Below are positions 54,589-62,734 of a stretch of DNA of 64,000 nt, piece by piece. Both the position numbers and the translations under genes were made by a program. The notes beneath the pieces were generated by a model, which saw only the letters and a program-made list of their open reading frames with translations, made no database searches and was not told where the DNA came from. Every line of letters begins with the position of its first letter. Position 1 is the stretch's first letter. This DNA is from Candidatus Nealsonbacteria bacterium (lineage in GTDB: Bacteria; Patescibacteriota; Minisyncoccia; Minisyncoccales; MHMH01), in assembly GCA_016188865.1 (NCBI GenBank), contig JACPGX010000002.1, positions 66,398 to 130,397 on the forward strand, given 5' to 3'.

Positions 54589-55195
54589 GACGGTAATCAA
54601 CAACGGTTCTTATAAAAGCCGCAAACTGAAGCACAACAACTATTATTATCATTGTTAAGTACATCCAGGAAAGCCAAGCGGGTCCGGTGTGGCCCGTAGG
54701 ATGAAGCCAAGTATAGTATATTATGTGAACTACTACAAGATAAAAAATAACGTAAGCAAAACTGTGAAGCCACTTCCACTGATCAATGCCTAAAAATTTG
54801 ATTGCTTTGCTAAAAGAAGTGGCAGCTAAAATAAGCGCCCAAAAAAGAACTATTAAACTGATAAAACCGCCTATATCTATGGCAGCTACTGACCATTCTT
54901 TTTCCTGCATTTCCAAAATTCCGTGAATAATTGACAAAAGAGTGAACCAAATACCGAGTTCCCCCCGCCAGCTCCAGGGCAACCCCCATGGCAGCATTTG
55001 GAGATTAGGCCTCCAAAGCCTCATTATCGGCCCTATAATCAAAACCAAAAAAAGCAGGGTGAAAGAAGCTGCTGCTACGGCTCGATGAATGCCGCCCCCA
55101 AAGACCTGAAAAACAACCACTAAAATAAGCGATAGCAAGCCAACAACAATGTGGTTAAGCAATTTATTGGTTGGGTCAACAAGTTTTGGATACAT
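54572..55195 (-). CDS. ferric-reductase-like transmembrane heme protein (MsrQ/YedZ-like)
   Basis: 207 aa with about 6 TMs. Conserved His residues lie in LLSIIHG and WLHSFAYVIFYLVVVH. Confidence 0.5.
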   Translation of the reverse strand: MYPKLVDPTNKLLNHIVVGLLSLILVVVFQVFGGGIHRAVAAASFTLLFLVLIIGPIMRLWRPNLQMLPWGLPWSWRGELGIWFTLLSIIHGILEMQEKEWSVAAIDIGGFISLIVLFWALILAATSFSKAIKFLGIDQWKWLHSFAYVIFYLVVVHIIYYTWLHPTGHTGPAWLSWMYLTMIIIVVVLQFAAFIRTVVDYRHARTS

Positions 55196-55208
55196 AAATA
55201 TGTGCCGT

Positions 55209-55451
55209 CTAGATTAGCTCAATATTGATTGCTTGCACCGGACAAACATTAACTGCTTCTTTCAAGCATTGCAAATCGTCTTCGGCTAATTCTCCTTCCA
55301 ATTCATACCGGCTGATTTTTGAATTATATCGAGAACCTAAAAGCTCGCTTTTGCCGTCTTCTTTAAGCTGCCAAAATTTAGGACAAGCAGCCACGCAAGC
55401 AGCGGCCCCGATGCAGCGCTCCCTATTAAAAATTATTTTGGCTTTCGGCAT
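55209..55451 (-). CDS. small ferredoxin
   Basis: 80 aa. CIGAAACVAACP plus a distal CP motif. Confidence 0.7.
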   Translation of the reverse strand: MPKAKIIFNRERCIGAAACVAACPKFWQLKEDGKSELLGSRYNSKISRYELEGELAEDDLQCLKEAVNVCPVQAINIELI

Positions 55452-56311
55452 TATTTAACTTTATCAATTAAACTATAAAATTCCAAGTCTTTGAGCGCTT
55501 GAATTACTTTTTCTTTGTTATAATTATCGAAACGGCATTTTTCTAAATCAAAGCCAATGGGAACATTTTTATTAATTGTAGCCAGCTCCTTGCTTAAAAA
55601 CGCTTGTTCTTTATTGCGAATCAGCTTTTCCCTAATTTTGGAGGCAACTAATGCTAAATTATCGTAAATTTTTTCCAAACTGCCAAATTCTAAAATTAAA
55701 GCAGTGGCGGTTTTCTCCCCTACTCCGAATACGCCAGGGATATTGTCAGAGGGATCGCCTCTCAAGGCCTTAAAATCTAAAAGTTGTGCCGGGGTTAATC
55801 CTTGATATTTTTCTTTGACCAAATTTTCGTCGTATAAAACGGTATCTTTCACCCCTTTTCTTAAATTATAAACTCTGGTGGCGGCATTAATAAGTTGGAA
55901 ATTATCTGCGTCGCCGCTTAAAATAATCGTTTCTGTGTTAGCTGATGCCAAGCGGCTAATCGTGCCGATAATATCATCCGCCTCAAAACCCTCCTTTTCA
56001 AATAATTGCACGCCAAAAGCCGTTAAAACCTCTTTTATTTTTGGAATTTGGTTGTATAATTCTGGAGGCGCTTTCAGTCTCTTTGCTTTATACTCTTTGT
56101 ATTTTATGTGCCGAAAAGTCGGCGCAGGAAAATCAAAACAAGCGGCAATGTAATCTGGCTGAAATTCTTTAATGGCTTTGAAAAACACCAATAAAAATCC
56201 GTAAACGGCGTTAATCATCTCCCCGGATTTAGTGGTTAACGGCGGCAAAGCATGAAAGGCCCGATGGATGATGGAATTTGAATCAATAATAATTAATCGT
56301 TTATTTCCCAT
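55451..56311 (-). CDS. stand-alone 5'-3' exonuclease (Pol I N-terminal/FEN-like)
   Basis: 286 aa. LIIIDSNSIIHRAFHA, GFEADDIIGT, and an HhH segment GVFGVGEKTA. Confidence 0.9.
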   Translation of the reverse strand: MGNKRLIIIDSNSIIHRAFHALPPLTTKSGEMINAVYGFLLVFFKAIKEFQPDYIAACFDFPAPTFRHIKYKEYKAKRLKAPPELYNQIPKIKEVLTAFGVQLFEKEGFEADDIIGTISRLASANTETIILSGDADNFQLINAATRVYNLRKGVKDTVLYDENLVKEKYQGLTPAQLLDFKALRGDPSDNIPGVFGVGEKTATALILEFGSLEKIYDNLALVASKIREKLIRNKEQAFLSKELATINKNVPIGFDLEKCRFDNYNKEKVIQALKDLEFYSLIDKVK

Positions 56312-56315
56312 TGTT

Positions 56316-56741
56316 TTATTTTAACATGATCTGGCGAGTTGTGGCGTTAATAAATTGAAAGTTTAACCAAATTGTACTTTTGGGCAGAATTTTTTTGATT
56401 CGGTCGGCCCATTCGATGGCGACGATATTTTTAGGATTAGCAATTATTTTTTTAAAGCCCAAATCCAAAAGCTCCTTCGGTTTTTCGATTCTGTAACAAT
56501 CAAAGTGGTAAAAATTGCCGAATCTTTTCATTATCACAAATGTCGGACTGTTAATTTTCGCCTTAATGCCCAGCCCTTTGGCGAATCCCTGCAAAAAAGT
56601 CGTTTTGCCGCCGCCCAAATCGCCAATCAGCCCAAGGGCCTTGGCTTTTCTGCCGAGCTTTGCCTTTAAAATTTTCTTAGCCAGGGTTTCCCCGGCTTTC
56701 TTCGTCTGTAGAGCCGAAGTTGTTAAAAATTTTGTTGACAT
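56316..56741 (-). CDS. tsaE: tRNA t6A biosynthesis ATPase TsaE
   Basis: 141 aa. P-loop GDLGGGKTTF, then FYHFDCYR. Confidence 0.85.
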   Translation of the reverse strand: MSTKFLTTSALQTKKAGETLAKKILKAKLGRKAKALGLIGDLGGGKTTFLQGFAKGLGIKAKINSPTFVIMKRFGNFYHFDCYRIEKPKELLDLGFKKIIANPKNIVAIEWADRIKKILPKSTIWLNFQFINATTRQIMLK

Positions 56742-56779
56742 TTAAACTTGATTAAGCTAACTTGAAGTAATTACGGTTT

Positions 56780-57871
56780 ATGGAATCGCTAAATTTAGCA
56801 AAAAATATAATTGAGAAGTCGCAAGATATCCTAATATTTCCCTCTCCAGAACTCCAGGGGGATAGCTTGGGCTCAGCCCTGGCTCTTTTTTATACTTTAA
56901 AAAAGATGGGGAAAAATGTAAACGTTAATATTAATGATATCCCCGAAAAATTCCGTTTTTTAACTATGGGTTTGCCTGCGGACTCGGGAAATTTTGTTAT
57001 TTCAATTGATACTGAAAACAAAGAAATTTCTCAAATGCGCTATGAAAAAAATGGCAAGGATTTAAAAATTTACCTGACTCTGAATAAAGGAGAAATCCAG
57101 GGGGGGGACATTTCTTTTTTACCATACCAAACAACGGATGGCAGGCCAATTAATATGGACCTTTTAATTTCTCTGGGCGCCCAATCATTGGAAAACATCC
57201 CCCACCATTTTTGGAAACTGCCTATTTTAAATATCGATAACCAGCCTCAAAATGAGAATTTTGGCGAAGTTAATTTAATAGAAATGACCTCTTCTTTGGC
57301 AGAAATCACAAATAGCCTGATCAGGTCTATGGATGAGGCATTGCTGGATGAAAAAACAGCTACTTGTCTTTTGGCCGGCATTATCTGGTCTTCCCAGAAC
57401 TTTCGAAGCCCGCGGACCAGACCAAAAACATTTGAAACATCTGCTTTCTTAATTGAGAAAGGAGCTAATCATCAAGAAGTAGTCCAGCACCTGTACAAAC
57501 AAAAAAGTCTTCCTCAAATAAAACTTTTTGGTAAAGTTTTGGAAAAGCTGAATTTTCACAATCAAAAAGAAGTTTATTCTGCCTTACTTCGGGAAAATGA
57601 TTTTAAATACTGCCAAGCCAATTCCAAGGACCTGTCTTTTGTTTTGGAAGAATTAAAATTTCATTTTCGCTACCTTCCCAATTTACTGATCCTTTGGGAA
57701 AGTCACGCTTCCCCGCCCATAACCAAAGGGGTTTTTTGTTCTCCAAACCCGGGCATTTCAGAAAAAATTCTAGAAAATTTTGAAGGCATCTCAAAAGGCA
57801 ACGGAGTTATATTTCTATCAAAAGAAACCGACTTAAATGCCGTGGAAGAAAAAATTCTAAATATTTTATAA
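56780..57871 (+). CDS. DHH/NrnA-like protein with degenerate catalytic motifs
   Basis: 363 aa. NrnA-like layout, but motif I reads PSPELQGDSLGS and the DHH motif position reads IDNQPQNENFG (D-N-Q at 57236-57244). Confidence 0.6.
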   Translation: MESLNLAKNIIEKSQDILIFPSPELQGDSLGSALALFYTLKKMGKNVNVNINDIPEKFRFLTMGLPADSGNFVISIDTENKEISQMRYEKNGKDLKIYLTLNKGEIQGGDISFLPYQTTDGRPINMDLLISLGAQSLENIPHHFWKLPILNIDNQPQNENFGEVNLIEMTSSLAEITNSLIRSMDEALLDEKTATCLLAGIIWSSQNFRSPRTRPKTFETSAFLIEKGANHQEVVQHLYKQKSLPQIKLFGKVLEKLNFHNQKEVYSALLRENDFKYCQANSKDLSFVLEELKFHFRYLPNLLILWESHASPPITKGVFCSPNPGISEKILENFEGISKGNGVIFLSKETDLNAVEEKILNIL

Positions 57872-57872
57872 C

Positions 57873-59168
57873 ATGCTAGAAATTACCGGTGAAATTTTAA
57901 TCCCTGCCGCCAAATTCGCGGAAATCAAAAAAACAATAAGCAGTATTTTAGAATTTAAAAAAGCGCTCGATAAATCTCTCCCGGAAAAAATCAGTCAATT
58001 AATGGAAATAATTTTGGGGGGGAGTTTAATTTTAAATGCCTCCGATATCCATTTAGAACCCGGGGAAGAAAAAACTAAAATAAGATTAAGAATAGACGGC
58101 ATTCTTCAGGATATTACAACAATCGATAAGCAGACCTATGAGGCCCTGCTTTCCAGAATAAAATTGCTTTCCGGGCTAAAATTAAATATTAGCGACCGGC
58201 CTCAAGATGGAAGATTTTCGGTTAATATCGATGCTCTGGCAATTGAAATTAGGACATCCACTTTGCCTGCAGAGAGAGGAGAAACCGCAGTTCTAAGAAT
58301 TCTTAATCCTAAAAATATAATAAGCATGGAAGCCTTGGGGCTAAGGAAGGACTTGCTGGCAATGTTTGAAAAAGAGATTAAAAAACCCAATGGCATGATT
58401 ATTGTTACCGGTCCTACTGGCTCAGGCAAAACTACCACCTTATATGCGTTTTTAAAAAAAGTCCAAAACCCGGGAATTAAAATTATTACCATCGAAGACC
58501 CCATTGAATATCATCTTGAGAGTATTTCTCAGACTCAGGTACAGCCAAAAAAGGGGTATGATTTCGCTAACGGCTTAAAATCGATTGTAAGACAGGACCC
58601 CGATGTAATTTTGGTGGGAGAAATTCGCGATCTGGAGACAGCCAACACGGCCTTGCAGGCAGCCTTAACCGGCCATCTTGTTTTTAGCACCCTGCACACC
58701 AATGATGCCGCCGGCACAATAGCCAGATTAACCAACCTGGGGGCGAACCCCCTAGATGTAGGTCCCGCGGTAAACTTAGTTGTCGCCCAAAGATTGGTCA
58801 GACAAATCTGCCAAAAGTGCGGAAAATTAGTCAGCCCGACTAAACTGGAACTAAAAAAAATAAAAAATGCCCTCAAGGGGCTTCCTGAGAATATTAAAGC
58901 ACCTAAAATTGGGTCGAATTTAAAAATAGCTCAAGCTGGAGGATGCAAGTATTGCAATTTTACCGGCTACCAAGGAAGGGTGGGAATTTTTGAGGGATTT
59001 TTGATAGATGACGAGGCAGAGAGGTTTATTATTAAAAAACCATCCATTGCCGATTTAAAATATTTTGCCGTAAAACATGGCATGGTAACAATGGAGCAAG
59101 ATGCGTTTATTAAGGTTGTAGAAGGGATAACCACCATTAGTGAAGTGGAAAGAGTAATGGGAGAATAA
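57873..59168 (+). CDS. type II/IV secretion / type IV pilus assembly ATPase (GspE/PilB family, short form)
   Basis: 431 aa. Walker A GPTGSGKTTT, Asp box and GEIRD, and a tetracysteine CQKCG...CKYC. Confidence 0.9.
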   Translation: MLEITGEILIPAAKFAEIKKTISSILEFKKALDKSLPEKISQLMEIILGGSLILNASDIHLEPGEEKTKIRLRIDGILQDITTIDKQTYEALLSRIKLLSGLKLNISDRPQDGRFSVNIDALAIEIRTSTLPAERGETAVLRILNPKNIISMEALGLRKDLLAMFEKEIKKPNGMIIVTGPTGSGKTTTLYAFLKKVQNPGIKIITIEDPIEYHLESISQTQVQPKKGYDFANGLKSIVRQDPDVILVGEIRDLETANTALQAALTGHLVFSTLHTNDAAGTIARLTNLGANPLDVGPAVNLVVAQRLVRQICQKCGKLVSPTKLELKKIKNALKGLPENIKAPKIGSNLKIAQAGGCKYCNFTGYQGRVGIFEGFLIDDEAERFIIKKPSIADLKYFAVKHGMVTMEQDAFIKVVEGITTISEVERVMGE

Positions 59169-59191
59169 TAAAATATCGTAAAAAAACAAAT

Positions 59192-59328
59192 AGGGCTAAA
59201 GCTGGGGGCATATACTCTAGCTTGGGAACTTAAAGTTTAGAATAGCTCTGAGGAATAGCTCAGCATCACCTGAGCTATCCGGCCAAAAGATATTCCTACC
59301 CCCAGCTTTAGCCCTGTCTGCCGACAGG
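59192..59328. other. long nested palindromic element (candidate structured RNA or miniature repeat)
   Basis: A 17-bp perfect outer stem (AGGGCTAAAGCTGGGGG at 59192-59208 with CCCCCAGCTTTAGCCCT at 59299-59315) encloses the hairpin GGAATAGCTCAG-CATCAC-CTGAGCTATCC (59252-59280). A further hairpin CCTGTC-TGCC-GACAGG follows at 59313-59328. Confidence 0.5.
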
Positions 59329-59379
59329 CAGGCCTACTTTGGGCATTAACGTTACATTAACGTTATATTATAGGCCATT

Positions 59380-60372
59380 ATGAATAATTTGTCAATACCA
59401 GATACGTTGGATCTAACTCTAAGGCCAAAAACCTGGGCAGAATATGTTGGCCAGGAAAAATTGAAAAGAAACCTTAGAATTATTATCGATGCTGCCAAAA
59501 AACGGGGAGAACCCCTGGAACATTTGCTTTTTTATGGTAATTCCGGGCTAGGCAAGACAAGCCTAGCTCACATTATTGCAAATGAAATGGCTGCTAACAT
59601 AAAAATGACCTCGGGACCGGCTATCGAAAGAGCCGGAGACTTAGCTGCCATTATAACCAATCTTTCGGAGGGCGATATTCTTTTTATAGATGAATGCCAC
59701 AGGTTGAATAAATTAATAGAAGAATATCTTTACCCTGCGATGGAGGATTTCAAATTAAATATCGTAATCGGCAAGGGTCCAATGGCTAACACCATGGAAT
59801 TGCCGCTCCCCCGCTTTACTTTGATTGGAGCCACCACTAAAGCTGCCCTAATTTCAGCTCCCCTAAGAAACAGATTTGGAGCTACTTTCCAGCTTAATTT
59901 TTACGAACTCGGAGATATTGAAAAAATAATTTTAAGGTCTTCAAAAATTTTAGGTGTTGAAATAGAGCCGGAAGCCGCAAAAATAATTGCTCAGAGATCA
60001 CGCTTTACTCCGAGGGTGGCAAACCGCCTTTTAAAAAGAGTGAGGGATTTCGCCCAAGTAGAGGGCCAGGGAAAAATTACTGAAGATATTGCCAAAAAAT
60101 CCCTTGGATCGTTGGAGGTTGATGAATTAGGCCTGGAATTTGAAGACAGAAAATTATTAGAAACACTGATTACTAAATTTGACGGCGGCCCCGTAGGTTT
60201 GCAAACTTTAGCTGCCGCCATTTCCGAAGAACAAGATACTCTTTTAGATATGTACGAGCCTTATTTGATGCAGTTGGGCTTTATCGAAAGAACCGCCAAG
60301 GGCCGGCTGGCCACTCGGCTCGCCTACCAGCACCTCGGCCTGAAGCATAGAGGAAGCCAAAATCTTCTATAA
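59380..60372 (+). CDS. ruvB: Holliday junction DNA helicase RuvB
   Basis: 330 aa. [14 protein letters not shown], Walker [12 protein letters not shown], Walker [10 protein letters not shown]. Confidence 0.95.
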   Translation: MNNLSIPDTLDLTLRPKTWAEYVGQEKLKRNLRIIIDAAKKRGEPLEHLLFYGNSGLGKTSLAHIIANEMAANIKMTSGPAIERAGDLAAIITNLSEGDILFIDECHRLNKLIEEYLYPAMEDFKLNIVIGKGPMANTMELPLPRFTLIGATTKAALISAPLRNRFGATFQLNFYELGDIEKIILRSSKILGVEIEPEAAKIIAQRSRFTPRVANRLLKRVRDFAQVEGQGKITEDIAKKSLGSLEVDELGLEFEDRKLLETLITKFDGGPVGLQTLAAAISEEQDTLLDMYEPYLMQLGFIERTAKGRLATRLAYQHLGLKHRGSQNLL

Positions 60373-60410
60373 CTCTTGACATAAAGTTTATCTTAAGGTA
60401 AACTTAGAAT

Positions 60411-60629
60411 ATGACAAACTTAGTAGGGCTCAAAGAACTTCGGGAGAACGTAGACGTTTACGTTTCCGAAGTACAAAAAGGAAAATCCTTTATAGTAATG
60501 CGGCGATCTAAGCCGATATTCAAATTATCACCGCCCGCCGAAGATTCTGAGCTCTGGGAGCAAATTATTGATTTTACAAAAATTAAAAAAGGCGGAGTAA
60601 GAATTAAGGACCTGCTCTCGCGCCTTTAA
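60411..60629 (+). CDS. Phd/YefM-type antitoxin
   Basis: 72 aa. VGLKELRENVDVYVSEVQKGKSFIVMRRSKPIF is a typical antitoxin N-terminus. The ATG lies 6 nt after TAAACT, with TTGACA 17 nt further up, so the transcript looks leaderless. Confidence 0.7.
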   Translation: MTNLVGLKELRENVDVYVSEVQKGKSFIVMRRSKPIFKLSPPAEDSELWEQIIDFTKIKKGGVRIKDLLSRL

Positions 60630-60633
60630 TTTT

Positions 60634-60870
60634 GTGGATAAAATTGAAAAAGCTCTACAAAAACTCACGCTCAAGGAGCGGGAAGCGATTAAACAACTAC
60701 TGACAAAATTGCAGTCTGGCCAGATAGACGATCTTGATATAAAAAAACTCAAAGGAAGAGACGATATTTTTCGCGCTCGCAAGGGCAAAATAAGGATAAT
60801 TTACCGTAACGACGGAAATGGTTTTTGTATATTATCAATCGAACGGCGCAATGAAACTACCTATAAATAA
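60634..60870 (+). CDS. RelE/ParE-family toxin
   Basis: 78 aa. GTG start 4 nt after the antitoxin stop. KKLKGRDDIFRARKGKIRIIYR is a RelE/ParE-like core. Confidence 0.65.
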   Translation: MDKIEKALQKLTLKEREAIKQLLTKLQSGQIDDLDIKKLKGRDDIFRARKGKIRIIYRNDGNGFCILSIERRNETTYK

Positions 60871-61314
60871 ATGATGAAATATTTTATTTTTGCAACTTTT
60901 CTTGCGGGGTGGTTTAATCTCGCCTTAGCTCAAGAAAAAATAGACATCAACACGGCTCCCCTGGAGGATTTAATCAAGATTGCTTATATCGGAGAAGTCA
61001 GGGCGCGGGAATTAATCTCATTGAGGCCGTTTTCTTCATTAGACGATCTTACCAGAATAAGGGGCATAGGAGAAAAAAGCGTTGAGGCTATAAAAAAACA
61101 AGGGCTAGCCTGGGTTGACCTTGCAATAGAAATCACCGAAAAAACTGCGAAGGACGGGCTCCCGCGAACTTCGCAGATTGGATTTAATGCGTCAACTTTC
61201 GAGGTTAACAAAAAAGGAGAAATGTTCCCGGTCTTCACCGCGGTATTTACATCTCTCTCTGGCGGAGCTATAATCTTATTGTTGAAAAAATATGTCAGGG
61301 CACAGTCACGCTAA
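60871..61314 (+). CDS. ComEA-like helix-hairpin-helix DNA-binding protein with a C-terminal TM
   Basis: 147 aa. Signal/TM N-terminus. INTAPLEDLIKIAYIGEVRA and IRGIGEKSVEAI are HhH repeats. Confidence 0.7.
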   Translation: MMKYFIFATFLAGWFNLALAQEKIDINTAPLEDLIKIAYIGEVRARELISLRPFSSLDDLTRIRGIGEKSVEAIKKQGLAWVDLAIEITEKTAKDGLPRTSQIGFNASTFEVNKKGEMFPVFTAVFTSLSGGAIILLLKKYVRAQSR

Positions 61315-62020
61315 AACAATAAAACACCAAAAAGGTATTGCCGACGCCAAACGAAGCGCGGCGTTTTCGAAAATGGCTAAAGAGCTCGAAATAGCTGCCA
61401 AGGGAGGGGGAGACCCCGTATTCAATTCAAAATTGAGAATGGCCATCGAGAGGGCTAAGGGAGTTAATATGCCCACTGATAATATTGAACGGGCCATTAA
61501 AAGGGGCACCGGCGAACTGGAGGGAGCAAAACTTGAGGAGGTTTCTTTTGAAGCTTATGGGCCGGGCAATGTCGCTATTATTATCGACGGCATTACCGAT
61601 AATAAAAACAGGACACTCGGAGAAATTAAGCAAATTCTAAACCAAAATAACGGAAAATTAGTTGGCGAAGGAGCTATTAGGTGGATGTTTGAAAGAAAGG
61701 GCGTCATTATAATAGACCTTAAATCTCAAACCCCAAGCATTAAGAGCGATGATCTAGAATTGATGGTTATTGAGGGGGGAGCCGATGACATTTATTGGCA
61801 CGATGACATGTTAGATGTTTACACCAAGCCCGAAGACCTAGAAAAAGTGAGAAAAAACTTAGAAACGAAGGAGATTAAAACAGAATCAGTTTCTTTAGAT
61901 TGGGTGCCCAAAGAAAATATTAAAGTAGATGATGCTGCCAAAGAGTCCTGCCAAAAACTATTCGAGGCGCTGGATGAAAGCGACTCGGTGCAAGAAATTT
62001 ATTCTAATCTCGAGGATTAA
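61292..62020 (+). CDS. yebC: YebC/PmpR family DNA-binding transcriptional regulator
   Basis: 242 aa. MSGHSHAKTIKHQKG N-terminus. Located upstream of ruvC, as in many bacteria. Confidence 0.9.
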   Translation: MSGHSHAKTIKHQKGIADAKRSAAFSKMAKELEIAAKGGGDPVFNSKLRMAIERAKGVNMPTDNIERAIKRGTGELEGAKLEEVSFEAYGPGNVAIIIDGITDNKNRTLGEIKQILNQNNGKLVGEGAIRWMFERKGVIIIDLKSQTPSIKSDDLELMVIEGGADDIYWHDDMLDVYTKPEDLEKVRKNLETKEIKTESVSLDWVPKENIKVDDAAKESCQKLFEALDESDSVQEIYSNLED

Positions 62021-62022
62021 CT

Positions 62023-62502
62023 ATGATTATACTTGGCATTGATCCGGGAACGGCAACTACAGGATTCGGAGTGATAGAAAGGTCAAAGAATTATTTGGAG
62101 TGCCTGGATTACGGCACAATCCAAACAAGCCCATCTGCTTCTACCCCCGAAAGACTAAAAATTTTAGACAATAAACTCAATAAAATAATCGAAAAACACA
62201 AGCCGGATATTTTGGCAGTCGAAAACATCTATTTTTTTAAAAATCTGAAAACGGCTTTACCCGTCAGCCAGGCTAAGGGAGTCATTTTGCTGGCTGCCGC
62301 CAAAAAAAATATCAAAGTCGTTGAATTGACGCCTCTCCAGGTAAAAATGGGGGTTACCGGCTATGGCAGGGCGGAAAAAAAACAAATTCAAAAAATTATC
62401 CAATATCTGCTTCGTTTAAAAGAACTGCCTAAGCCAGATGATGCAGCCGATGCCTTAGCTACGGCAGTTTGCTGCGGAAAGGGGCTTGACAGGCCTTTTT
62501 GA
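62023..62502 (+). CDS. ruvC: crossover junction endodeoxyribonuclease RuvC
   Basis: 159 aa. ILGIDPGTATTGFGVI, and DAADALA near the C-terminus. Confidence 0.9.
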   Translation: MIILGIDPGTATTGFGVIERSKNYLECLDYGTIQTSPSASTPERLKILDNKLNKIIEKHKPDILAVENIYFFKNLKTALPVSQAKGVILLAAAKKNIKVVELTPLQVKMGVTGYGRAEKKQIQKIIQYLLRLKELPKPDDAADALATAVCCGKGLDRPF

Positions 62503-62513
62503 AACAATATAAT
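62486..62513 (+). promoter_or_regulatory. sigma70-like promoter upstream of the acidic micro-ORF
   Basis: TTGACA (62486-62491), a 16-nt spacer, then TATAAT (62508-62513). It lies partly inside the 3' end of ruvC. Confidence 0.5.
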
Positions 62514-62571
62514 ACCTGTAGAAACGACGAAAGGTCGATTATTATTGAATAGAAATTTAATAATTCGAAAT

Positions 62572-62703
62572 ATGTTTCACGAAGAATTAAAGCCTTTCAT
62601 TTTTGAAGAAGATGTCCCGGAAGAAGGAGAAAATGAAGAAACCCCGCTCGAAGAAGAGGAAAAGAGCGCGGACGAGAGCGAGGGCGGAGACGAAGAAGTA
62701 TAA
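62572..62703 (+). CDS. candidate 43-aa hyper-acidic micro-protein
   Basis: My translation: MFHEELKPFIFEEDVPEEGENEETPLEEEEKSADESEGGDEEV. The ORF sits between a consensus promoter and a strong terminator. It is below the ORF-track length cut-off. Confidence 0.35.
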   Translation: MFHEELKPFIFEEDVPEEGENEETPLEEEEKSADESEGGDEEV

Positions 62704-62734
62704 AACAAAAACCCCTTTTAGGGGTTTTTGTTTT
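62704..62734. terminator. bidirectional intrinsic terminator (micro-ORF / tyrS)
   Basis: AAAAACCCC-TTTTA-GGGGTTTTT with A and T runs on both sides. Confidence 0.75.

Noticed and set aside
59252-59280. tRNA-like TAGCTCAG string in the pilB-ruvB spacer
   Set aside because: The TAGCTCAG pairs with its own complement as a simple hairpin. There is no acceptor stem, anticodon arm or GTTCRA T-arm nearby, so this is not a tRNA.
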